Source of the DNA: a virus
Lineage: Duplodnaviria; Heunggongvirae; Uroviricota; Caudoviricetes
Direction: 5' to 3' (one strand)
IMG/VR virus record: IMGVR_UViG_2740892232_000008
Coordinates: 1-8,873 of that record
DNA length: 8,873 bases
Shown piece by piece: positions 1-7,489 of the stretch. Under the pieces are notes generated by a model. It worked only from the letters and a program-made list of their open reading frames with translations, did not search any database and was not told the origin of the DNA. Every line of letters begins with the position of its first letter. The first letter of the stretch is position 1. Both the position numbers and the translations under genes were made by a program.

Positions 1-552
1 GCCACTGCCGGAGCCTTCATAAGCAATATCAATGGCCACGGATTCGGTCGGGTTAAACTGCACGCCAGCTCCCCACGCCAGAGACGTGTTGCTGTGGCGA
101 CCGTCATCACTTCCGGTCAGCACGTCGTGCGTTTTCCCCTTGTTGTCAGTTACGCGGAGATAATCCCCGGAGAAAGTCGACACACGGCTGTAAGCCATAC
201 CCGCCATCGCATACGCGCTGAACCATTCATTCACGCGCACAGACGGCCCCGCCATCACGCTGAACCAGCGATTACGCACGGAATCCTCATGCCAGCGGGT
301 ATCGCTGTAATGCGTTTTTTGCTCATCTTCAGCGTTGGCATAACTGAATGACGTAATCAGCCCCAGCGTGTCCGTAAACTCATAACGGTATTTCACGTTA
401 ATCCCGTTCAGATTTTCGCTGCCGGGAGCGTTCGTACGGGCATGAAGATACCCTGCGCTCAGTGTGGCCTGCTGCTCAGACGCCCATGCAGGCGCACCGG
501 ATACGGCCAGACAGATGGCTGCGGACAAAATGGCTGCACAAACTTTACGCAT
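1..552 (-). CDS. lom: Lom outer-membrane beta-barrel protein (Ail/Lom/OmpX family); 3' end runs off the window edge (about 184 codons present)
   Basis: Reverse complement of 481-552 translates MRKVCAAILSAAICLAVSGAPAWA (signal peptide), continuing ...TLSAGYLHARTNAPGSENLNGINVKYRYEFTDTLGL...NRWFSVMAGPSVRVNEWFSAYAMAGMAYSRV..., which matches my recollection of phage lambda Lom. ATG is the complement of 550-552, with a GAGAGG Shine-Dalgarno (complement of about 557-563). It lies directly downstream of J on the same strand, as in lambda. Confidence 0.85.
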   Translation of the reverse strand, partial: MRKVCAAILSAAICLAVSGAPAWASEQQATLSAGYLHARTNAPGSENLNGINVKYRYEFTDTLGLITSFSYANAEDEQKTHYSDTRWHEDSVRNRWFSVMAGPSVRVNEWFSAYAMAGMAYSRVSTFSGDYLRVTDNKGKTHDVLTGSDDGRHSNTSLAWGAGVQFNPTESVAIDIAYEGSGSG

Positions 553-573
553 AATTACCTCTCGCTTTTCTGC

Positions 574-600
574 AATAAAAAAGGCGCCATTTCTGGCGCC
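574..600 (-). terminator. Putative rho-independent terminator between J and lom (read on the minus strand)
   Basis: Self-complementary GGCGCC (583-588) and GGCGCC (595-600) with a 6-nt loop, followed on the minus strand by a T-run (complement of the A-run at 574-582). It sits 20 nt downstream of the J stop codon. Confidence 0.45.
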
Positions 601-619
601 CGTATATGGGTTATAAAAT

Positions 620-3008
620 TCAGCTGATACTGATGCCTGCGGTGGCTTTCTTCATCACCACAACCAGCAAATCGCTGATACTTGCTGTGGGATACCAGTC
701 ATTTACCAGCCATGCTGACACCGAAAACTCCAGCGTCATGTGGCCGTGACCAGCTGGCATATCAATAACACCACTGTAAATCAGCGTATTATCCAGCGCG
801 GTACGGTTATAAATTTCAGCACCATTTTTCTTCACTATCAGGCGGCATGAGGAGTAAATATCAGTATGCTCTCTCTCATGTTTAGCACCGCTGAATGCCA
901 CCGCCGGAATAACAATCTGCCGGTCAAACGGCTGATCGTCATAAATCCTGACGGTAATGGTCCCTGATGGCCACCGCTCCGGTGCCCGGGAGTCCCGCGG
1001 GAAAGCCTTACCCACTGTTTTGACAATATCGCCTTCAATCTGGTTGGCTGACAGTTTCCCTTTAATCTGACAGTTCTCATTTATCGTAACGTTGTTGAGC
1101 GTCCCGGCGTTCGCATTCACACTGCCACTGATATCTGCATTTTTAGCGGTCAGCTTTCCGTCCGGTGTCATGGAAAATGCAGGAGGATTACCGCCGCTGG
1201 TAATGGTGGGAGCCGTCAGATATTTCAGGAACACTTCATTCATGAATATCTGATCACCCTGACCAACAAACATCGGTTTTGTGTTGCCATTTGCAGGATT
1301 AATCATCGCAATCCTGTCTGCCGCCAGCAGCACCTGACTCTGCATGCCGTCGGGGGTGTTCTCAATACCGACACCGATACCCGCAATATAAAGGCGTCCG
1401 TCCTGCATCTGCTGCAGCTTCACAGCCCACATGCTGTTCAGATTATTATTTGTATCAACCTGAACCTTCTGTATCTGCTGAATTGCCGCACTCTGGTCTT
1501 CCAGTTTCTTATTGACGGTCTGCGTGATTTCATTGCTGACATCCTTAATGGACGTCCTGATTTCAGCCAGGTCAGGCGCAAGCTGACCGTTATCAATCTG
1601 CGTCCACAGCTCCTGAGCCAGATGGGTTTTCCCTATCTCGCCTTTGAAAAAATCCAGATAGCCGGATGCATCATCACTCGGCTGACCAACAGCCTCCACG
1701 AATGCCGATTTGCCAACGGTGTTCACACTGCGAACGTAAAAATAATAATCATAGCCCGGCCTGATATTGATACTGGCGGCTATCCAGTACAGCCCCGTGC
1801 CAAGGTAGCGGGCTGTGGTTTCAACCTGCCTGATATCGGTAATCCGCTTTTCCGAGAACCAGAACTCAAACTGTACCGTCGGGTCATAAACGGCAAGATG
1901 CGGCGTGGCGGTTATCTGAAAATAGCCCGGCGTCAGCTCAATCCTCGACGGTGCTGCCGGTGCGGCAATCCGGAACGATACCGACGCCGGATCTCCCTGC
2001 TGCCCCCACGCATTTACCGCCCGGACTGTCAGCCTGTAGTTCCCCAGCGCCAGTTGCGTGAAGCGGTATGTGGTTTCCGTCGTCCGGGCCGTGCTGACCA
2101 GCCGCTCACTGCCGTCGTCCGCTGTTACGGTCAGACGGAGCAGGAAGCTCACGCCCTTCACCACCTTCGGTGTGTCCCAGCGCGCCAGCACCTGATATTC
2201 CCCGCTGTCTGCAGTGACTTCTGCGGTCAGGTGCTGCACCGCTGGCGGCGTGACACCGTTCACCGTGCCACTCTGTTCGCCGTCAAAGTGCGCCCCGTTA
2301 TCCACGATGGCCTCTTTTTCCGGCACATGCTGCACGGCGGTGATGGCATACGTACCGTCATCGTTCTCACGGATACTCACACAGCGGAACAGGCGCTGGC
2401 GCAGCGTCGGCAGCTTCAGCCCCCACACGCTGTATTCGGCAACGCCGTCAGGAACACGGCTCACTTTCACCTTAAGTCCGTCGGTGACGGACTGAACCTC
2501 CACGCTGACCGGATTACCACTTCCGTCAACCAGGCTTATCAGCGTGGTACCGGAGGATGGCAGCGTGATTTCACGGTCGAGCGTCAGCGTCCGGGTCTGG
2601 CTGTTCACCGCCAGCACGCGACCACCGGTGCTGATACCGGCATAGTCATCATCGCAGATTTCAATGACATCGCCCGGTACATGGCGAAGCCCTTCAGCAC
2701 CCACGCTGAAATCCACGGTCTGCGTCTCCAGCAGTTCCGTTTTAATCAGCCACAGCCCGGCGCGGTGTGCCTGCCCCCGGCTGGTACAGCCAAAGGCATC
2801 CATCTTCGTGACATTACGACCGTAACGGGCAATGGCCTGCGTATCTTCAACAAGCTCTGTCGCCGTCTCCCAGCCGTTGTCCGGGTCAATCCAGTTCACC
2901 TCAACGGCATTATGGCGGTCCTTCAGGGCGCTGAAGCTGTAGCGGAACGGCGCGCCATCATCCGGCATCACCACATTACTGCGGTTATAGGTCCACACCT
3001 TATCCGAC
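620..3008 (-). CDS. J: Tail tip host-specificity protein J (lambda gpJ family), C-terminal ~800 codons; 5' end lost at the N10 gap
   Basis: The 807-aa minus-strand ORF reads through the N-run (XXXX in the translation). Sequence such as ...[39 protein letters not shown]...[63 protein letters not shown]... matches lambda J from about residue 330 onward as I recall it. Stop codon TGA is the complement of 620-622. lom follows immediately, as in lambda. Confidence 0.9.
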
Positions 3009-3018
3009 NNNNNNNNNN
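3009..3018. other. Assembly gap or contig-join spacer (10 N)
   Basis: Run of exactly 10 n. Both flanking genes (J on minus, stf on plus) are 5'-truncated at it and face head-to-head. Confidence 0.95.
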
Positions 3019-5069
3019 AAATGGTGGAAGAAGCGGCACGCAACGCTGAAGCCGCCTCTCAGAGCGCAGCGGCGGCAAAGAAATCCGAAACTGCAGCGGC
3101 ATCATCGAAGAACGCGGCGAAAACCTCAGAAACGAATGCAGCTAACAGCGCACAGGCGGCAGCGACCTCACAGACTGCATCGGCAAACTCCGCGACAGCA
3201 GCCAAAAAATCAGAAACCAACGCGAAAAACAGTGAGACAGCCGCAAAGACGAGCGAAACCAACGCAAAGTCCAGCCAGACGGCAGCGAAAACCAGCGAAA
3301 CGAATGCTAAAGCCAGTGAAACTGCGGCAAAAAACAGCCAGGTTGCAGCAGCCCAAAGCGAGAGCGCGGCAGCCGGTTCTGCGACTTCAGCAGCTGGATC
3401 AGCAACTGCTGCGGCTAACAGCCAGAAAGCTGCGAAGACGAGTGAAACTAACGCAAAGTCCAGCCAGACGGCAGCGAAGACCAGCGAAACGAATGCCAAA
3501 GCCAGTGAAACTGCGGCGAAAAGCAGTCAGGATGCAGCGGCCCAAAGCGAGAGTGCCGCAGCCAGTTCTGCAAGCGCGGCGGCTGCTTCTGCCACTGCAT
3601 CAGCTAACAGTCAAAAAGCAGCAAAAACCAGTGAAACCAACGCAAAGGTGAGCGAAACAGCGGCTGCGAACTCAGCGAAAGCATCGGCAGCAAGCCAGAC
3701 GGCAGCTAAAGCAAGCGAAGATGCAGCCAGAGAGTACGCAAGCCAGGCTGCGGAGCCGTATAAATATGTCTTACAGCCGCTGCCTGATGTGTGGATACCA
3801 TTTAACGATTCGCTGGATATGATTACGGGCTTTTCGCCATCATATAAAAAAATTGTTATTGGTGACGATGAAATAACGATGCCTGGCGACAAGATTGTTA
3901 AGTTTAAACGTGCATCGAAAGCAACCTATATTAACAAATCTGGTGTGCTGACAGAGGCTGCCATTGACGAGCCACGATTTGAACGTGATGGCCTGCTTAT
4001 TGAGGGGCAAAGAACAAACTACATGCTCAATTCGGAAAGCCCTGCCAGTTGGGGGCGATCGTCAAATATGGATGTGCCCGAAACAGGGACGGATAATTTT
4101 GGTTTTACCTATGGAAAGTTTGTCTGCAACGATTCTCTGATTGGGCAAACCTCAGCCATTAATATGGCATCAATTGCTGCAACAAAGTCAGTTGATGTCT
4201 CAGGCGATAATAAACACGTGACAACCTCATGTCGTTTTAAAACAGAACTGCAGGTAAGGTTGCGTATCCGGTTTGATAAATATGACGGTAGCGCAACAAC
4301 TTTTCTTGGTGATGCGTATATTGATACACAAACGCTTGAAATTAATATGACAGGCGGTGCTGCCTCAAGGATTACAGCGAGAGTCAGAAAGGACGAAGCT
4401 ACCGGATGGATTTTTGCAGAGGCAACAATTCAGGCAATTGATGGGGAGTTAAAAATAGGCTCTCAGATACAGTATTCTCCTAAGCAGAGCGGGGCAACCG
4501 TATCTGGTGACTATATTTATCTGGCCACCCCACAAGTAGAAGATGGGCCTTGTGTATCATCTTTTATTATATCAGGAGCGACGGCGGCGACCCGCGCAAG
4601 CGATATAGTTACAGTTCCAATTAAGAATAATCTTTATAATCTTCCTTTTACGGTTCTTTGTGAGGTACATAAGAACTGGTATAAAACGCCAAATGCAGCG
4701 CCACGTGTTTTTGATACCGGCGGTCATCAAACCGGAGCGGCTATTATTCTTGGCTTCGGTCGTTCAACAGATTACGACGGATTTCCTTATTGCGATATTG
4801 GAGGAGCTAACAGACGGGTAAACGAAAACGCATCGCTTGAAAAAATGGTTATGGGGATGCGTGTAAAGTCAGAGCAGTCTACGTGCTCAGTAAGTAACGG
4901 GCATATATCCAGCGAAACAAAAACCACATGGTCCTGTATTCAGAACACCGCAATTATCCGTATTGGAGGCCAGACTACAGCCGGGTTACGTCATTTATTT
5001 GGTCATGTCAGGAATTTCAGAATATGGCACAAGGCATTGACTGATGCTCAGGTGGGGGAGTCAATCTAA
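3019..5069 (+). CDS. stf: Side tail fibre protein (lambda Stf-like repeat shaft plus a distinct distal domain); 5' end lost at the gap
   Basis: The frame is open right up to the N-run, so the ATG at 3021 is internal. LMVEEAARNA...AAKKSETAAASS...AAKTSETNAK repeats resemble the lambda Stf region around MVEEVARNAS...AAKTSETNA as I recall it. The distal ~430 aa are non-repetitive and end ...IRIGGQTTAGLRHLFGHVRNFRIWHKALTDAQVGESI. Stop TAA at 5067-5069. Confidence 0.85.
3261..3638 (+). repeat. Two full 189-bp (63-codon) in-frame tandem repeat units inside stf, with degenerate partial copies on both sides (about 3070-3700)
   Basis: The string aacgcaaagtccagccagacggcagcgaa starts at 3261 and again at 3450 (offset 189). 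The units encode NAKSSQTAAKTSETNAKASETAAK(N/S)SQ(V/D)AAAQSESAAA...ANSQKAAKTSET with only a few substitutions. Confidence 0.85.
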
Positions 5070-5350
5070 TGAAAGATTTAACACTCAAATTTGAAGACAG
5101 GGCCGACTTTTCGGCCTTTATGGATAGCACTGGCTATTATGATGACGAGTCGATGCAGGATGATATTCTTATCGACGTGATAGGTAACGTGTACAAAGAA
5201 ACCGGAGAACTGACTGAAGATGGCGAACCGGTATGTGTTAAGGAAGACGGATATTTTGTAAACGTGCGCATCATTAATGATTCGCAAATATCGTCATTAT
5301 TCGATGAATACGTGGTTGCTGTTGAGCATCAACTTCGTGGCTGGATGTGA
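5069..5350 (+). CDS. Small acidic cytoplasmic protein (93 aa), translationally coupled to stf; function unknown, candidate fibre-tip assembly partner
   Basis: ATG at 5069 overlaps the stf stop (TAATG) and follows a GGGGAG Shine-Dalgarno. The product is Asp/Glu-rich. A paralog sits at the equivalent position after the second fibre-tip copy (7202-7480), sharing DGEP and EGYFVN(V/I)R motifs. Confidence 0.6.
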   Translation: MKDLTLKFEDRADFSAFMDSTGYYDDESMQDDILIDVIGNVYKETGELTEDGEPVCVKEDGYFVNVRIINDSQISSLFDEYVVAVEHQLRGWM

Positions 5351-5359
5351 GGAAGAAAA

Positions 5360-6400
5360 ATGGCTACATCGACAGTAATTCCTGATGACATCAAAACGCT
5401 AAAATCCGACGTTAGCAAATTAAAAAACGATCAAGGAAGCTACGCAACAAAATTATATGTAGACAGCAAAGATGAAATCGTTGGTGACTGGTCTGCTTCA
5501 TGGTATCAGCAGGTATTGCCAACTAGCGGAGCTATATTTGGGAGAAAACTCCGCTCAACTCACAGGACGGCAGGTGTTGAGGATGCGTATTGCGAACTAT
5601 ACCTCAAAAAATGGATAGACAGTCCAGGTAACGCAATGGCGCGCCTTAACCTGAACGATAACGGGACAAACATTTGCTGGGACTTTACCAACCTTTATGG
5701 CGGTACGATGATTTTTCCCGGTGACAGCGGATACCTCAAAATGGGTAACTGCCTTATGTCATACAGCAAGCGTGGAAGTAACGCGCTTATTAAATTTGAT
5801 TACACCGACACATTACAGATCAAATATGCCAATCATGGGTCAACCATGACATTAAACACACAGGGAACCGCTTATGCTGGTGTTACTGCTCAATTGTGGG
5901 GCAACTCCAGCCGTCCTGTTGTTTATGAAGTCGGTGTTGATGGTGGCGCTTATATGTTCTATGCGCAGAAAAATACCGATAACACCTATATGTTAAGCGT
6001 TAATGGTGCATGTCATGCCACCGCATTTAACCAGCATTCCGACCGGGATCTGAAAGACAACATTCAGGTGATCGATAATGCAACCGACCGCATCCGTAAA
6101 ATGAACGGCTATACATACACGCTTAAAGAAAACGGTATGCCCTATGCTGGTGTCATTGCACAGGAAGCTCTGGAAGCAATCCCAGAAGTTGTAGGTTCCG
6201 CAATGAAATATCAGGACGGTGCGAGCGGATCGGAAGGTGAAGAAGGTGAACGTTATTACACAGTAGATTATTCTGGTGTTACTGGCTTGCTTGTTCAGGT
6301 AGCCAGAGAGTCAGACGACAGAATAACAGCACTGGAAGAAGAAAACGCAGAATTAAGACAAAGATTATCTGCAATTGAGGCGGCGCTTGCGTCTAAATAA
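5360..6400 (+). CDS. Short tail-fibre or tail-spike-like protein with a C-terminal intramolecular chaperone (peptidase S74-type) autoprocessing domain
   Basis: AGGAAG Shine-Dalgarno 9 nt after the upstream stop. The C-terminal ~120 aa read HS-DRDLKDNIQVID...GVIAQEALEAIPEVV...YTVDYSGVTGLLVQVARE...ITALEEENAELRQRL, matching the SD(R)xLKxNI / IAQE..E..PE.V / VDYS...LL / coiled-coil pattern of endosialidase and T5 pb1-type chaperone domains. Stop TAA at 6398-6400. Confidence 0.75.
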   Translation: MATSTVIPDDIKTLKSDVSKLKNDQGSYATKLYVDSKDEIVGDWSASWYQQVLPTSGAIFGRKLRSTHRTAGVEDAYCELYLKKWIDSPGNAMARLNLNDNGTNICWDFTNLYGGTMIFPGDSGYLKMGNCLMSYSKRGSNALIKFDYTDTLQIKYANHGSTMTLNTQGTAYAGVTAQLWGNSSRPVVYEVGVDGGAYMFYAQKNTDNTYMLSVNGACHATAFNQHSDRDLKDNIQVIDNATDRIRKMNGYTYTLKENGMPYAGVIAQEALEAIPEVVGSAMKYQDGASGSEGEEGERYYTVDYSGVTGLLVQVARESDDRITALEEENAELRQRLSAIEAALASK

Positions 6401-6406
6401 TATTAA

Positions 6407-6429
6407 GGGGCCGAGCGCCCCGTTTTATT
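6407..6429 (+). terminator. Putative rho-independent terminator after the S74-domain gene
   Basis: GGGGC (6407-6411), loop CGAGC, GCCCC (6417-6421), followed by GTTTTATT. Confidence 0.5.
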
Positions 6430-6442
6430 GGGTAGGATGAAA

Positions 6443-6736
6443 ATGGATATAACACCTTTCCTTCATGCGCTTTGTGCTGTGGCTGCGCAGCTACTGATTG
6501 GTCTTTTTACCGGGAACTGGGCTTACGGGGCGATAGCCGGTTGTACGTTCTTCATTGCGCGTGAACACACCCAGGCAGAATATCGCTGGATCGAAATGTT
6601 CGGGCATGGCAAGCGAATGAATATGCCGTGGTGGGGCGGTTTTGATACACGTGCATGGGATGTGGCAAGCCTGATGGATTTTGCTGTGCCGGTGGTGGCG
6701 TGTCTGCTGGTCTGGCTGTTGGTTAATCGTGGGTGA
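6443..6736 (+). CDS. Small integral membrane protein (~97 aa, two predicted transmembrane helices); function unknown
   Basis: The ORF track starts at a TTG (6428). I prefer the ATG at 6443, which has an AGGA Shine-Dalgarno and aligns with the start of the paralog at 7490 (MDITP...). Hydrophobic N- and C-terminal segments flank a conserved loop AREHTQAEYRWI...MPWWGGFD...AWDVASLMDF.VPVVAC shared by both copies. Confidence 0.6.
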   Translation: MDITPFLHALCAVAAQLLIGLFTGNWAYGAIAGCTFFIAREHTQAEYRWIEMFGHGKRMNMPWWGGFDTRAWDVASLMDFAVPVVACLLVWLLVNRG

Positions 6737-6746
6737 AAAAAGGTGA

Positions 6747-6875
6747 GCTGTATATGCAACGGAGGAAGAAACCCCGTTGCTGGAAGCCTGGAAAAAGTAT
6801 CGGATGCTGCTGAACCGTGTTGATACATCAACTGCACCTGATATTGAGTGGCCTACGAACCCTGTCAGGGAGTAA
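6747..6875 (+). pseudogene. tfa: 3'-terminal remnant of a tail fibre assembly (tfa) gene with no start codon or N-terminal part
   Basis: The frame opens at 6747 after an in-frame TGA and encodes ...[37 protein letters not shown], the conserved C-terminal signature of lambda, Mu and P2-type Tfa/U chaperones as I recall it. There is no ATG or Shine-Dalgarno in frame upstream. Confidence 0.55.
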
Positions 6876-6879
6876 TCAT

Positions 6880-6889
6880 NNNNNNNNNN
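6880..6889. other. Assembly gap or contig-join spacer (10 N)
   Basis: Run of exactly 10 n. The downstream ORF is open to the gap, so it is 5'-truncated. Confidence 0.95.
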
Positions 6890-6890
6890 A

Positions 6891-7205
6891 TCTTCGGCAG
6901 ATGGGCCAGACGGATTTCCTTATTGCGATATTGGTGGATCAAATAGGCGTGTTAACGAAAACGCATCGTTGAAAAAAATGGTTATGGGGATGCGTGTAAA
7001 GTCAGATCAGTCTACATGTGCAGTAAGTAACGGGCGTATATCCAGCGAAACAAAAACCACATGGGAATATATCCGGAGTACAGCAACCATTCGCATTGGT
7101 GGACAAACTACAGCAGGATTACGCCATTTATTTGGGCATGTGAGGAATTTTCGTCTCTGGCATAAAGAGCTAACAGATGCGCAGCTTGGGGAGGTTGTGG
7201 AGTGA
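6891..7205 (+). CDS. stf: Second, diverged copy of the side-tail-fibre C-terminal (LamG-like) tip; 5' end lost at the gap
   Basis: In-frame translation from 6891 reads SSADGPDGFPYCDIGGSNRRVNENASLKKMVMGMRVKSDQSTCAVSNGRISSETKTTW...IRIGGQTTAGLRHLFGHVRNFRLWHKELTDAQLGEVVE*. By eye it is roughly 80 percent identical in protein to 4780-5069. The 78-aa ORF at 6969-7205 in the track is only its tail. Confidence 0.75.
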   Translation, partial: SSADGPDGFPYCDIGGSNRRVNENASLKKMVMGMRVKSDQSTCAVSNGRISSETKTTWEYIRSTATIRIGGQTTAGLRHLFGHVRNFRLWHKELTDAQLGEVVE

Positions 7206-7480
7206 GAGATTTCACGTTGCGTTTCAGTGATAAAGCAGATTTCAGGGCATTTCTCAGGAAACTTAACTGGGAAGAGGACGAAGAGCTGCAGAATGCCGTT
7301 CTGGTTGATGAGATTGGTTTTACGTTCAGTGAGTCAGGTGTTTCTGCTGACGGGGAGCCTGAATACACGCGAGACGAAGGGTACTTTGTTAATATTCGTC
7401 TTCTTGACGATGGCTTTGATGAATCCGTGTTCCGTGAGTGGGTGGTTACACCAGAGCGCCCGCTCAGGGAGTGGTTTTAA
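7202..7480 (+). CDS. Small acidic protein (92 aa), paralog of the 5069-5350 product
   Basis: GTG start overlaps the fibre stop (GTGA at 7202-7205) after a GGGGAG Shine-Dalgarno, the same coupling geometry as the first copy. It shares D(R/K)ADF, DGEP and EGYFVN(I/V)R motifs with the first copy. Confidence 0.6.
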   Translation: MRDFTLRFSDKADFRAFLRKLNWEEDEELQNAVLVDEIGFTFSESGVSADGEPEYTRDEGYFVNIRLLDDGFDESVFREWVVTPERPLREWF

Positions 7481-7489
7481 GGGGAGCAG

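Noticed and set aside
94-627. Plus-strand ORFs 94-351 and 442-627
   Set aside because: Antisense to lom, whose minus-strand translation matches Lom; no ribosome-binding sites.
1622-3049. 475-aa plus-strand ORF
   Set aside because: Lies entirely antisense to the well-supported J gene and reads through the N-run. Its product is Arg/Pro/Gly-rich low-complexity sequence typical of GC-rich antisense frames.
3190-3660. CRISPR array
   Set aside because: The repeats are 189-bp in-frame coding units without short unique spacers.
3059-3892. ORFs 3059-3499 (minus), 3136-3651 (plus) and 3611-3892 (minus) overlapping the fibre repeats
   Set aside because: They are alternative-frame or antisense readings of the Ala-codon-rich tandem repeats (poly-Ala/Phe/Leu or Arg/Gln/Lys-rich products). 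The stf frame is the one matching a known protein family.
6428-6442. TTG start at 6428 for the membrane protein, as in the ORF track
   Set aside because: The ATG at 6443 has a better-placed Shine-Dalgarno and aligns with the paralog start (MDITP...). The TTG start would also overlap the upstream terminator U-tract.
838-6837. ORFs 838-1080 (minus), 2214-2495 (plus), 5078-5287 (minus) and 6523-6837 (minus)
   Set aside because: Embedded in or antisense to J, the acidic protein gene, or the membrane gene and tfa remnant; no independent support.
4780-7205. Diversity-generating retroelement (variable and template repeats) targeting the lectin-like fibre tip
   Set aside because: The two similar tip sequences differ at many non-adenine positions (C/T and G/T changes, whole-codon swaps), both are coding 3' ends followed by paralogous genes, and no reverse transcriptase gene is present.
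6969-7205. Independent 78-aa gene starting MKKMVMGMRV
   Set aside because: The frame is open upstream to the gap and the sequence aligns with an internal part of the first fibre tip (...SLEKMVMGMRV...). It is the 3' end of a truncated stf paralog.
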